The notes under the pieces were generated by a model, which saw nothing but the letters and a program-made list of their open reading frames with translations, was not told where the DNA came from and ran no database searches. A stretch of 64,000 bases of DNA from assembly GCA_965200245.1 (NCBI GenBank), contig CBDATS010000004.1, positions 256,001 to 320,000 of the forward strand, written 5' to 3'. The position numbers and the translations under genes are program-made. Of this stretch, positions 38,657-48,846 are shown one piece after another. This stretch comes from a bacterium. Lineage in GTDB: Bacteria; UBA8248. Every line of letters begins with the position of its first letter. The stretch's first letter is position 1.

Positions 38657-39973
38657 ATGCGAAGCGAAAAAGACCTGCTCGATTCGGCGAAAAAATACAG
38701 CTTTCGGGGCCGGGTGGACAAATCCGTATTTTCGGGTCCAGTCTTCGTTCGCGGCGAGGGTTCTATCGTCGAGGACGTAAACGGCAAACAATACATCGAC
38801 TTCAACTCAGGCCAGATGTGCTCAGCCCTCGGACACAACCACCCCATCGTGACCGACGCCATCAAGAAAAGCTGCGATGAGATGATCCATGCGCACAGCA
38901 GTTTCTTCAACGAGCAGGAAATCATCCTTGCCGAACGCCTGGGCGCGCTGCTGCCACCACCATTGGAGAAAAGCCTGTTTCTGGGTTCCGGTGCAGACGC
39001 CAACGAGGCGGCGGTGACTATCGCCCGCAAATTCACTGACGGCTTCGAGGTCGCGAGTCCCCACATAAGCTTTCACGGCCTCTCCGACACGGCGCGCTCG
39101 CTCACCTTCGCAGGCTGGCACAGCGGGCACGGGCCCCTTTCGCCCGGGAGCATGGCCATGGTCGCACCCTATTGCTACCGCTGCCCCTTGAGCCAGAAAT
39201 TTCCCGATTGCGAGATCGCCTGTCTCGACACAAGTTTCGAACTCATCGACGCGCAAACGAGAAGCACGCCCGCCGCCGTCATCACCGAACCCCTGTTCAG
39301 CGCGGGCGGAGTGGTAGAGCCGCCGCCCGGGTGGCTCAGGAAGCTCAAGGAAAACTACGAGGAGCGGGACATGCTCCTCATCGTGGACGATGAGCAGACA
39401 GGACTCGGAAAGCTAGGCACGATGTTCGGCTTCGAGAAGGATGAGGTGGTACCCGATATCGTCACGCTCGCGAAACACTTTGGCGGTGGCGTGAGCATCA
39501 GTTCGGTCTCGACGAGCACCGAGGTCGAGGACAAGGTGGCCTCTACCGAGTTTGTCGTCACCCACTCACACACCAACGATCCACTAGCCTGCGCCGCGGG
39601 TGTGGCGAGCCTCGATGTCATCGAGGGAGAGGATGTGCCTGCCAAGGCCAGAAAAATCGGCGCTCACCTGAGAGAGCGCCTCACATGGCTGGGCGAGCAG
39701 TATGAAATGGTGGGTGACATCAGGGGCCGGGGTCTCCTTCAGGGGATAGAACTCGTTGAAAACAGGCGCACAAAAACACCCGCTACCAGACAGGGAAGCG
39801 AGATCAACCGCATATGCCTCGAGAACGGTCTCATATTCAGCCAGCGGCGCGGGGGGAGCGTCCTTCGCTTCGTGCCGCCGGCCACGACGACGGAAGGACA
39901 GATGGATCAGGCGATAGACATCCTCACCGACGCGATAGACAAGGCGAGCATTCGCGGCGGTGTTTCGGAATGA
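38657..39973 (+). CDS. Class III PLP aminotransferase, 2,2-dialkylglycine decarboxylase-like
   Basis: DFNSGQM..LGHNHP, EP, DDEQTGLGK, LAKHFGGG, GDIRGRGLLQG; GGAGG RBS. Confidence 0.85.
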   Translation: MRSEKDLLDSAKKYSFRGRVDKSVFSGPVFVRGEGSIVEDVNGKQYIDFNSGQMCSALGHNHPIVTDAIKKSCDEMIHAHSSFFNEQEIILAERLGALLPPPLEKSLFLGSGADANEAAVTIARKFTDGFEVASPHISFHGLSDTARSLTFAGWHSGHGPLSPGSMAMVAPYCYRCPLSQKFPDCEIACLDTSFELIDAQTRSTPAAVITEPLFSAGGVVEPPPGWLRKLKENYEERDMLLIVDDEQTGLGKLGTMFGFEKDEVVPDIVTLAKHFGGGVSISSVSTSTEVEDKVASTEFVVTHSHTNDPLACAAGVASLDVIEGEDVPAKARKIGAHLRERLTWLGEQYEMVGDIRGRGLLQGIELVENRRTKTPATRQGSEINRICLENGLIFSQRRGGSVLRFVPPATTTEGQMDQAIDILTDAIDKASIRGGVSE

Positions 39974-40010
39974 CGGCTGGTTTCTCCTTCCATGCTTTCG
40001 ATTCGGTCAA

Positions 40011-40502
40011 ATGATCCACGTCGCCATTTATCATCCGGGAATTCCGCAGAACACCGGAAACATAGGCCGCTTGTGCGTGGGGATGGATGCACATCTGCAC
40101 ATCATCGGACCTGCGAAATTCGATTTTTCGGACAGTTCCCTTAAAAGAGCGGGCCTTGATTACTGGGCCGACGTAAAACTCACGATACACGAAGACGAAA
40201 ACCTCTTTTTCGAGTGGCTGGGCCAGAGAACGCCCTGGCTCATCACGAAATTCGGTGCATCACGATTCGACAGGGTCTCATATCAAGACGAGGATATACT
40301 TCTACTTGGGAACGAAAACACCGGCTTGCCCGATGCGTGGCACGCGCGCTGGCCCGATCGGCGGATTTACGTGCCCATGCCCGGGCCGATCCGCTCATAC
40401 AACCTCGCCAATACCGCTGCCATCGTCCTCGCGCAGACGTTCGTTCAACTGAATGATGCGGACGTCACGAACCATGGTGGCGGGCATGACCCCATCAACT
40501 GA
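40011..40502 (+). CDS. trmL: tRNA (cytidine/uridine(34)-2'-O)-methyltransferase
   Basis: PGIPQNTGNIGR, LKRAGLDYW, GNENTGLP, RSYNLAN. Confidence 0.9.
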   Translation: MIHVAIYHPGIPQNTGNIGRLCVGMDAHLHIIGPAKFDFSDSSLKRAGLDYWADVKLTIHEDENLFFEWLGQRTPWLITKFGASRFDRVSYQDEDILLLGNENTGLPDAWHARWPDRRIYVPMPGPIRSYNLANTAAIVLAQTFVQLNDADVTNHGGGHDPIN

Positions 40503-40642
40503 AACTCGATGCTTCCGTTTTCCATAAACAAACACTCACCTGCAAAACAGAAAGTACCGTTGGGCGGGTAAAACTTGCAAAACCTGCAAACACCACAAAA
40601 ATGTGTTCAAATTGTGGACGAAACCGAGATATTATGAGATAG
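40502..40642 (+). pseudogene. IS200/IS605 TnpB fragment (RuvC/zinc-ribbon region)
   Basis: KLDASVFHKQTLTCKTESTVGRVKLAKPANTTKMCSNCG resembles TnpB ILDAxW..F...L.YKAE..G..V..V.P..TS..CS.CG. Confidence 0.6.
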
Positions 40643-40664
40643 CCAAAAACAGGACTTCGACTGG

Positions 40665-41597
40665 ATGAGTCCCTGGATTACATCGACCGGAAATACATAA
40701 ATGTTATTGGCATCCGGTTGGACAAGCTCAGGAAAACAGATTCGAGTCCAGAGGGTACATATTCGTATATGGAGCATCTGCATTCTGCAAGTGTCACAAC
40801 TGCGATGTGTCTCTGAATTTCAAAGGATTTCTACAAAAAATGGACCCCTCTCTCTATGTAGACAGCACCCCCTTGAAAAATGGAAGGGAAAGAAAGACAT
40901 AATGTATACAGAGAACCCCGAACCCCGGCCGGAAATCGACCATATGGTTGCCCTGGAAAAATCGGGGGATAAAACTGCCATGGAATTTGTCCTTCGCAGA
41001 AGGATTCCCATGGATAGAATAAAGGAGTTGTTTTATACCCCCAACACGAACAAACTGATGAGGTCACATCCAAAATATCGCGATGGTTCGTATGGAGATT
41101 CGCCAAGGATAATCATACCTTATTACAACACAGCCAACGAACTGGTAGGAGTCCAAGGCAGAGCACTCACACACAATGAAGCGAGATACGTTTCCATGAA
41201 GATCATCGAAGACGAACCCATGATCTATAACCGGAACAGGATAAAATACAACGAGAGGCTATATGTCACTGAAGGAAGCTTTGATTCCATGTTTTTCCCC
41301 AATGCAATAGCCGCCTGCGGTATTGCCCTGAATTCATTGGATATAAAACACGAGGATGTGGTGTATATCCTGGATAATGAACCCAAGAACACCAATGTCA
41401 TCAACGAAGCGAGGAAACTACAGAAATCCGGCAAGCGAATGTTTATATGGCCTCCATCCATCAGACACAAGGACATTAACGACACGATAGTCAAGGAAGG
41501 GTTCAGCCAACGCGAGATGATCGATATCATCGAAAACAATATTTACGATGGGCTGTCCTTGCTAATGAAAATTTCAACCTGGCAGAATAGAAATTAG
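40665..41597 (+). pseudogene. T4-like phage DNA primase (gp61), N-terminus deleted and frameshifted
   Basis: DYIDRKYIN...LDK / RGY...KCHNC..FLQKMDP in broken frames; intact PRIIIPYY...QGRAL, YVTEGSFDS, LDNEPKN, IWP...KDIND TOPRIM motifs. Confidence 0.82.
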
Positions 41598-41601
41598 TCA
41601 A

Positions 41602-42040
41602 TTGCACGAACTGCCCAGCCTGTATCAAACCTTCACATACAATAGCAAATACACCAGATTGCCCGAATCCGAACATCGCAGGGAACATTGGAAAGAAACT
41701 GTGAAAAGGTATCTCGATTTTTCGGTGACCACTTGAAAAACATCGGATATGAGTTGAGTGAACAAGAAAGAAATATGAAAAAGAAATCCTGGAATTCAAT
41801 GCAATGCCATCAATGCGGTGCATGATGGCTGCCGGTAAAGCCTTGGACAAGAATTATGTAGCCGGATACCACTGCTCATTTCGTCTGGGATGGGACTCGC
41901 TGCCAAGAACCCTGCCAGGCCTCTTCTTCATGGACGAGATTGCCCATGAGGCGAAAACCGCACTTTGCTCGGAAATATCCGTACTCGAAAGTACCGCCAA
42001 CCCCATAACATATCTGACGCAGATATCCAGTCAACGATGA
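41602..42040 (+). pseudogene. Class II (B12-dependent) ribonucleotide reductase fragment, phage type
   Basis: LPSLYQTF..SKYTR....RREHWKETVKRYLDF then, after a frameshift, MPSMRCMMAAGKALDKNYVAGYHCSF. Confidence 0.7.
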
Positions 42041-42052
42041 CCATCCCAACTC

Positions 42053-43210
42053 TCACGCCCTCATCTCTACCCAACCGCGTGCCTGTGCACTTTGAAGACA
42101 GATTTCGGCAAGCTGAACGTCGCGTAATCCGGCAGAAAGATCGGCATAGAAAGGCTCATCGCCCGCCACGTGACGGATGAAGCGCTCCCAGCCGTGGCGG
42201 TAGGGGTTCTTGTAGGTATCCGTGTCGGGTTCTTCTTGCCAGTTTTCACGGTAATCCACTGAGACATCCATGGTGTCCGCGTCGCGGCCCATCAGGAAAC
42301 CGCGCACCAAAGGCGTAGTGCCCGCTGCCTGCTTCCAGCATTTTCTTAATCCCGCCACCGCGGAGCCACCGGTTCCATCTATCTGGAAGGTCACCAGGTC
42401 CTCGCGCCTGACCCTTGTGGACCACGAACTCAGAATAGCACCGCGCGCCCCGCTTTCGAGTTCTAGCAGAGTGTGCGCGTTATCCTCTACGTCGACGCGG
42501 AAGCACTCCCCCCCTTCATCGGCGCGCTCGGTCTGTCCCGTCCAAGAGAGCACCGCCACGCGCGCAATCGGCCCGAGAACCCCCTCGACAACGTAACGCC
42601 AGTGCGGGTGCATGTCCGATACGAGGCCTCCGCCGCCCGCCTTTCGATAGTTCCAGCTCGGACGCTGGCATTCCGCCTCAATGCCGTCGAACACCCACCA
42701 GCCGAATTGAATCTGAAAACCGATGATCCGGCCCAGAAAACCACTCTCTACCACCCGCCTGAGTTTCAGAAACCCAGGCAGGAAGAGCTTGTCTTCCACT
42801 GCGCCGTGCTTGAGTCCCTTGGCTTGCGCCGCACGCAAAAGCTCCATTCCCTCCTGAACGCCGGGCGCGACGGGCTTTTCAGCATAGATGTGTTTCCCTG
42901 CGTCAATGGCTTGCTTAAGGACTTCCACCCGCAAATGTGTGGACGCGGCATCGAAGAAGACGGGATAGGCCGCGTTTCCGAGGGCCGCCCCCAGGTCCGT
43001 CGTCCAAGCAAGGCCGCCGTGTTCGGCCGCCAGCCTCGCTAGACGATCTTCATTCCTGCCAACAAGCAATAGCTTCGGCAGGATTCTCTCACCGCCAACT
43101 TCGAGGCCGCCCTCATGGATAATGGGCATGAGAGAGTTTCTTAGATGCTGGAAGGAGCAGATGCCGCCCGTCGCCCCGTGCAGAATGATTCCCAACTCCC
43201 GTGTCGCCAT
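42053..43210 (-). CDS. Gfo/Idh/MocA family oxidoreductase
   Basis: GKHIYAEKP, DKLFLPG, QRPSWNYR, HWRYV. Confidence 0.88.
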   Translation of the reverse strand: MATRELGIILHGATGGICSFQHLRNSLMPIIHEGGLEVGGERILPKLLLVGRNEDRLARLAAEHGGLAWTTDLGAALGNAAYPVFFDAASTHLRVEVLKQAIDAGKHIYAEKPVAPGVQEGMELLRAAQAKGLKHGAVEDKLFLPGFLKLRRVVESGFLGRIIGFQIQFGWWVFDGIEAECQRPSWNYRKAGGGGLVSDMHPHWRYVVEGVLGPIARVAVLSWTGQTERADEGGECFRVDVEDNAHTLLELESGARGAILSSWSTRVRREDLVTFQIDGTGGSAVAGLRKCWKQAAGTTPLVRGFLMGRDADTMDVSVDYRENWQEEPDTDTYKNPYRHGWERFIRHVAGDEPFYADLSAGLRDVQLAEICLQSAQARGWVEMRA

Positions 43211-43249
43211 GTGTCAGCCCTGATCCACGCTCAAGATTTCTGAAATCTC

Positions 43250-44380
43250 CTACCCCTCGAGGCCCGCCATCAACTCCGCAGGATCGATTGGCAGTTTCAA
43301 CTCCTCACCACGCTTGGCCGAGAGGTCCATAGCCATGGTGAGTACCAAGTTGCGGTGCCCATCGGCGGCAGTCGCATGGGGAGTGCGTTTGCCCGAATAA
43401 ATCCGCTGGAACCAGGAGTTCGTCTCCTCGCGCATCGGCCCCCAGAGTTCTCCGTCATACATGTCTCCCGGGGGGAAACTTGTCAGGAAATCGACGTTGC
43501 GCCGCGCTTCCAAGTCGAAATCTTCAGGGTTGTATGCGGGTCCCTGCGAAAACTCAGACGCCATCACTACGTCGCGGTGCGTATCCTCGATGTCCACCAC
43601 CCCTTTCGTACCCACAATGCCAATTTCGAGTCCATACACTGCGCCAGGCCACTCTTTGGGCAGTGCCCAGCATATATTCATACTCCAGATAGCGCCGCTG
43701 TCCATCGTGAAAACCCCGAAGGTGGCGTCCTTCGTACCGAGTTCACTCAAAATCCCCTCGGTCGAGCGCGCAAAAATGGAAACCGGCTTGGCATCGCCCA
43801 TCAGCCACAGGCACATATCCAGACTGTGAGTGCCGGAGACGACCATGGGCGTCAGGAACCGGCGGTCTTGAGAGAGCCTCACCTCTCCGGTCGGCGCCAT
43901 ACGGTTCATGAAAGCACGCGTAACCGCCGCCGTGACGTCGCCTATCTGGCCATTCTCGACTCGATCCTTCACAGCGAGAAAACGCCTGCGAAACCGCTGT
44001 GTATAGCCCACAACGGCGTCCACGCCGGCCGATTCTATCGCCGCGAGCACAGAGGCCGACTCGCGCGCATCTGTGGCGAGTGGTTTTTCTATCAGCATGG
44101 GAAGGCCGCGCTCCGCCGCGGCGAGCGTGGGTTCTACATGCGCCCAGGTCGAGGTAGCGATGATTGCCGCATCCACCTCGGGCCGAGTGATGAGTTCGTG
44201 AAAATCGGTTGTGAAAAAATCGGCCTTGATGTCTTCCTTGAGTTTCTGCCCCACTCTCTCGTTCATATCGGAGAGGCCAATCCACCCGATTCCGGGAAAA
44301 TCATTCGCCAGCGTACCTCGCATGCGTCCTACGACCCCGCAGCCGACGATAGCCAACCCCAGTTCTTTTTTCTCCGCCAT
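43250..44380 (-). CDS. Gfo/Idh/MocA family oxidoreductase
   Basis: IVGCGVVG, IEKPLA, VGYTQRFRR, GTHSLD. Confidence 0.88.
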   Translation of the reverse strand: MAEKKELGLAIVGCGVVGRMRGTLANDFPGIGWIGLSDMNERVGQKLKEDIKADFFTTDFHELITRPEVDAAIIATSTWAHVEPTLAAAERGLPMLIEKPLATDARESASVLAAIESAGVDAVVGYTQRFRRRFLAVKDRVENGQIGDVTAAVTRAFMNRMAPTGEVRLSQDRRFLTPMVVSGTHSLDMCLWLMGDAKPVSIFARSTEGILSELGTKDATFGVFTMDSGAIWSMNICWALPKEWPGAVYGLEIGIVGTKGVVDIEDTHRDVVMASEFSQGPAYNPEDFDLEARRNVDFLTSFPPGDMYDGELWGPMREETNSWFQRIYSGKRTPHATAADGHRNLVLTMAMDLSAKRGEELKLPIDPAELMAGLEG

Positions 44381-44441
44381 CCTTCTTCCTTTCATGATTG
44401 AACGATTCGTCTCCTGGACTTCGTGTACATAGCAAGCAAGG

Positions 44442-44465
44442 AAAAAGCCGCGGAGAGCCCGCGGC
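44442..44465 (-). terminator. Rho-independent terminator after tRNA
   Basis: GCCGCGG/CCGCGGC stem followed by TTTTT on the minus strand. Confidence 0.75.
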
Positions 44466-44476
44466 CGTTTTTCTCA

Positions 44477-44553
<77 letters not shown>

Positions 44554-44564
44554 TCAATATATTT

Positions 44565-44593
44565 TATCTACTCCGGTGTGGACGTTCTGTCAA
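44565..44593 (-). promoter_or_regulatory. Sigma70-type promoter of tRNA-fMet
   Basis: TTGACA-17 nt-TAGATA(AAAT) on the minus strand immediately upstream of the tRNA. Confidence 0.6.
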
Positions 44594-44704
44594 GGAGAGG
44601 GAGAATTCCGGGTAGTGTCTTATTTTGAAATTTTCTTGTGTTTCCCGCGCCTTTCAGGCTTCGGCTCGCAGGTTTTCAATCCATTCCATACCGCGAAGTC
44701 TGGT

Positions 44705-44899
44705 ATCGATTCCAGCGGACTTGCGAGGCGTCATTATGCCGCCTTATGGGGCAAGATTTCTTGCCCTTATGTAGACGCCCTTGCGGGCATTTACCTGGCC
44801 TTCCGTTTGAATTTCCAATACTTCACCTGTTGCAATCCGGGCAACACGAACGGCACACCCGATAACATCTCCGGGTCTTTTCTCTCCCCGTGGGCCAAT
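44705..44899 (-). pseudogene. Remnant of a small basic IS-associated protein (GPKGEKRPADVIG-type)
   Basis: IGPRGEKRPGDVIGCAVRVARIATGE...RARNLAP-stop, with ..VRW in a shifted frame; no start codon. Confidence 0.5.
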
Positions 44900-44900
44900 A

Positions 44901-45149
44901 TTATCCTCCCGTTCGCTCAATCAAGGCCCGAAGGGCAACCATAGACTCCTCGTGCTTTTTCATGAATTCCTCATGTCTCTTGGCGGAAGCATCCATGTAT
45001 TCCTCATGTCTTCTGATGGACCCTTCTGCCTGACGAGCAGACAGTTCTGCCCTTTTTTTACCCTCACTTTTCATGACGGAAATCCCGTGCCATATACCGA
45101 TAGCCACAATATACGACGGGATCAGGCTTAGAATCTGAAACCAATCCAT
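44901..45149 (-). CDS. Small membrane-anchored coiled-coil protein with (R/K)HEE repeats
   Basis: Hydrophobic N-terminus, then RRHEE/KRHEE/KKHEE and ALRALIERT; AGGAAG RBS. Confidence 0.65.
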   Translation of the reverse strand: MDWFQILSLIPSYIVAIGIWHGISVMKSEGKKRAELSARQAEGSIRRHEEYMDASAKRHEEFMKKHEESMVALRALIERTGG

Positions 45150-45317
45150 TTTGGATTCTTCCTATTCATGATTATTATATTTACGCAAAAAACATACAGA
45201 CAGTTTGACAGGAAAACAAGCATAATCAACTTTGGAATTTTTCAGAATGAGACGCTTCCGGATTTCGGAGGATGCAGCGGAAAGCATACTTCTTATCCAG
45301 AAAACGAAACCCGGGAT

Positions 45318-45650
45318 TCATTTTTTCGACGGAATGAACTCGTAGACGACTTCCCCTTTCTTGACCAGTCCCAGGTCTTCACGCGCAATTTCCTCGATCG
45401 CCCGCTCGTCGGAACGCAAGGATCGAATCTCCGAACGCAATTTCTTGTTTTTCGTCTTGATTTCCGATATCTCTTTTTTGAGTTCGGAAACGCGCTCCTT
45501 GTTCACGATGACGGCAAGGTACCCGTCTCGGCCCAACAATGCGGAACCGAGCAGCAAGACGATGACACCCGCGCACATCCAGAAGAATAGTCTGGCTTTG
45601 GGAGATTGGCCCCTGGTGGATGATGGTCCTGCTTTTCGCATCGTGCCCAT
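45318..45650 (-). CDS. ftsB: Septum formation initiator FtsB/DivIC
   Basis: TM + coiled coil + IEEIAREDLGLVKKGE. Confidence 0.85.
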   Translation of the reverse strand: MGTMRKAGPSSTRGQSPKARLFFWMCAGVIVLLLGSALLGRDGYLAVIVNKERVSELKKEISEIKTKNKKLRSEIRSLRSDERAIEEIAREDLGLVKKGEVVYEFIPSKK

Positions 45651-45676
45651 GCTCCGAGGCGCGCAAGCATAACCTG

Positions 45677-46960
45677 CTACAGTTCGGCGAACGACTCTCG
45701 CGCGGCGGCCAGCGTGGTCTCCACGCTCTCATCCGTATGGGCGGAAGACATAAACCCCACTTCGAACTGACTCGGGGCGAATGCCACACCCCATTTTAAC
45801 ATAGAATGAAAAAAATTGGCATAGCGCATCGTATCGGAACGCAAGGCGTCTGTGAAATTTCGGACGGGGCCTTCCTGAAAAAACGCGCCGAACATCGACC
45901 CGCACCGAGCGCCGGTAAGCGGAACACCCGCCGCGTGCGCCGCACTTGCAAGGCCGTCCGAGAGCGCCTCGACCTTCATTTCGAGCGCTTCGGGCAGACC
46001 GTGTTCCTCCATGATTCTGAGCGTCTCAATCCCGGCCGTCATGGCCAAGGGATTCCCGGAAAGCGTGCCCGCTTGATAGACCGAGCCAAGAGGAGCGACG
46101 CATTCCATCACGTCGCGTCTGCCCCCGTAAGCGCCCACCGGCATGCCCCCGCCGATCACCTTTCCGAGAGTCGTCAAATCAGGGTTGATTCCAAAAAGGG
46201 CCTGCGCACCTCCTCTGGCAACCCGAAATCCCGTCATCACCTCGTCGAAAATCAACAAGGCACCAGCTTTTTCGGTTTCCTCCCGCAAGACCTTCAGGAA
46301 CCCGGCCTCGGGCAGTATCAGCCCCATGTTGCCGGCGACGGGTTCGACGATGAGAGCGGCCACGTCTGCGCCACATGCTGCGAAGAAATTTCTGACCGCT
46401 TCCGCGTCGTTGAAAGGGAGCGTCGCCGTGTTTCTCGCGTACTCCTCCGGAACGCCTCCGCTATCTGGCACGCCGAGAGTTGCGCCGCCGCTGCCTGCCT
46501 TGACGAGCAGCCCGTCGGCGTGGCCGTGGTAGCAGCCCTCGAACTTGACGATCACGTCGCGGCCCGTGAAACCGCGCGCGAGGCGGATGGCCGACATCGT
46601 CGCCTCCGTGCCTGAGTTCACGAAGCGCAGCAACTCCATGGAAGGGTATGCCGCGTTCACCAGGTCCGCCAATTCGGTCTCAAGGGCGGTGGGCGTGCCG
46701 AAACTCGTGCCGCGCGCTGCCGCCTCTTGAATGGCGCGCACTACGCGCGGATGGGCATGGCCCAGAATCAGCGGTCCCCAAGAGAGCACGTAGTCGATGT
46801 AGGCGTTGCCGTCAGCGTCCCAGATTCGGTCGCCTTCGCCCTTCTCGACGAAGAAGGGCACATCGCCGACACTTCGGAATGCGCGGACAGGGGAATCTAC
46901 GCCTCCGGGAATGCGTTTCTGCGCAAGCGCAAAGAGCACCTCGGATTTGGGCCGGTTCAC
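45677..46960 (-). CDS. hemL: Glutamate-1-semialdehyde 2,1-aminomutase
   Basis: [45 protein letters not shown]; GTG start overlapping the mtnP stop. Confidence 0.95.
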   Translation of the reverse strand: MNRPKSEVLFALAQKRIPGGVDSPVRAFRSVGDVPFFVEKGEGDRIWDADGNAYIDYVLSWGPLILGHAHPRVVRAIQEAAARGTSFGTPTALETELADLVNAAYPSMELLRFVNSGTEATMSAIRLARGFTGRDVIVKFEGCYHGHADGLLVKAGSGGATLGVPDSGGVPEEYARNTATLPFNDAEAVRNFFAACGADVAALIVEPVAGNMGLILPEAGFLKVLREETEKAGALLIFDEVMTGFRVARGGAQALFGINPDLTTLGKVIGGGMPVGAYGGRRDVMECVAPLGSVYQAGTLSGNPLAMTAGIETLRIMEEHGLPEALEMKVEALSDGLASAAHAAGVPLTGARCGSMFGAFFQEGPVRNFTDALRSDTMRYANFFHSMLKWGVAFAPSQFEVGFMSSAHTDESVETTLAAARESFAEL

Positions 46961-47814
46961 GAGATATATTTCCCGATCAGTTGATGCAGGCGTTCTTTCG
47001 TCTTCTGCGGGACACGGTCTGGATCGGACATAAGTGTCGTCGCCAGGGAACCAGCGCAAGGACTGTCGCCATCGACTTCAGGCGCGGCTTCCATGATTAT
47101 CTTCTGCGCGAGCACCGCGTTGCTCCTGACCCGAGCGATCACGGCCTCCACGCTTACCGCCTCTTCCTCCTCGTGCCAGCAATCATAATCCGTCGCCAGC
47201 GCGATGGTGGCGTAGCTCATCTCCGCCTCGCGCGCGAGCTTGGCCTCGGGCATGTTCGTCATCCCGATGATAGAAGCGCCCCAGGCGCGGTAGCGGAAAC
47301 TCTCCGCCCGGCTGCTGAACTGGGGACCCTCCATGCACACGTACGTTCCGCCCGCGTGCGTCGTTGCGCCCGCCCGAACGGCCGCGCCCATCAGTATCTC
47401 GCTCAGCACCCCGCATACGGGATCCGCCATCGAAACGTGGGCGACGATGCCGTCGCCGAAAAACGTGCTTACTCGCATCTTGGTGAGGTCGATGAACTGG
47501 TCGGGAACCACGATGTGACCCGGATGAATCTCTTCTTTCAGACTGCCAACCGCGCTGACGGATATGAGCCACTCCACACCCAACTGCTTGAATCCGTGGA
47601 TGTTGGCGCGGTAGGGAATTTCATGAGGCAAAAAAACATGCCCGATTCCGTGCCGGGGCAAAAACGCGAGCCGCTTGCCGGAAAGCGTTCCCAAAACGTA
47701 GGGGGCCGAAGGCGCGCCGTAGGGCGTGTCGAGCGCACGTTCTTCCACATCGTCTAGTTCCGCCATCTCGTAGAGGCCACTGCCTCCGATTACTCCGATT
47801 TTCGCTTCAGTCAT
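46957..47814 (-). CDS. mtnP: S-methyl-5'-thioadenosine phosphorylase
   Basis: [45 protein letters not shown]. Confidence 0.93.
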   Translation of the reverse strand: MTEAKIGVIGGSGLYEMAELDDVEERALDTPYGAPSAPYVLGTLSGKRLAFLPRHGIGHVFLPHEIPYRANIHGFKQLGVEWLISVSAVGSLKEEIHPGHIVVPDQFIDLTKMRVSTFFGDGIVAHVSMADPVCGVLSEILMGAAVRAGATTHAGGTYVCMEGPQFSSRAESFRYRAWGASIIGMTNMPEAKLAREAEMSYATIALATDYDCWHEEEEAVSVEAVIARVRSNAVLAQKIIMEAAPEVDGDSPCAGSLATTLMSDPDRVPQKTKERLHQLIGKYIS

Positions 47815-47844
47815 ACGCACACTCTCCTTCCATCGCTATTTCAC

Positions 47845-48846
47845 CTAGGCCGCCCGAAGCATTCCCTTCTCAATCAGTATCTCGGCGATTTGCACCGCGT
47901 TCAACGCGGCGCCTTTCCTGAGGTTATCCGCCACCACCCACAGATTGAGGGTATTTTCCCGGGAATCATCACGGCGGATGCGGCCAACATATACCGGGTC
48001 TTCCCCGTCCGCATCCTTCGGCATAGGATAGGAAAATGACTCTACGTCATCCACTACCTCAACGCCCGGCGCGTGCGAGAGCAGTTTCCGTGCCTCATCG
48101 GGCGAAATGAACTCCTCGAACTCCACGTTCACCGATTCTGAATGCGCGTTGAAAACGGCAACCCGCACGCAGGTGGCGCTGACGGCAAGATGAGGCGCTC
48201 CCATGATCTTTCGCGTCTCATCGACCATCTTCTGCTCTTCTTTCGTTTGCCCGCCATCCAGAAAAACGTCGATGTGGGGCAGACAGTTGAATGCGATCTC
48301 ATGTGGCATCTTCCCGGGAACAGACGCATCCCCCTTGATTTGCGCCCGCATCTCGTCTATCGCGGCCTGCCCCGCCCCGCTCACCGCCTGATAGGTGCTC
48401 ACCACGACTCGCCTGATGCGGGCGGCGTCGTGAAGGGGTTTGAGCGCCACCACAAGCTGAATGGTGGAGCAGTTCGGGTTCGCAATGACTCCCTGGTGCG
48501 CCTCCAGCGCATCCGGGTTCACCTCCGGCACGACGAGAGGCACTCTCTCATCCATTCGGAAGGCGCTGGAATTATCCACCACTACCGCGCCGGACTTGAC
48601 GGCGACGGGCGCAAACTCCAAAGAGCGCGAAGCGCCGCAGGAGAACAGCGCGAGGTCTGCGCCAAAGAACGCATCCTCAGTCAGTTGGCTTACCGTGAGT
48701 TCGTCGTCTCGAAAGGGGATTTTCCGCCCCACACTGCGCTCGCTCGCGAGCAAGACGACCTCATCAGCGGGAAAATTCCGCTCCTCAAGAATCTTGAGCA
48801 TCTCCCGTCCCACAGCGCCGGTGGCGCCTGCGATGGCAACGCGCAT
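47845..48846 (-). CDS. asd: Aspartate-semialdehyde dehydrogenase
   Basis: GATGAVG, ANPNCST, STYQAVSGAG, DNLRKGAALNAVQIAE. Confidence 0.95.
   Translation of the reverse strand: MRVAIAGATGAVGREMLKILEERNFPADEVVLLASERSVGRKIPFRDDELTVSQLTEDAFFGADLALFSCGASRSLEFAPVAVKSGAVVVDNSSAFRMDERVPLVVPEVNPDALEAHQGVIANPNCSTIQLVVALKPLHDAARIRRVVVSTYQAVSGAGQAAIDEMRAQIKGDASVPGKMPHEIAFNCLPHIDVFLDGGQTKEEQKMVDETRKIMGAPHLAVSATCVRVAVFNAHSESVNVEFEEFISPDEARKLLSHAPGVEVVDDVESFSYPMPKDADGEDPVYVGRIRRDDSRENTLNLWVVADNLRKGAALNAVQIAEILIEKGMLRAA

Noticed and set aside
40701-40870. N-terminus of the 298-aa ORF as given in the ORF track
   Set aside because: The primase-like N-terminal residues lie in the other two frames, so this stretch of the ORF is spurious.
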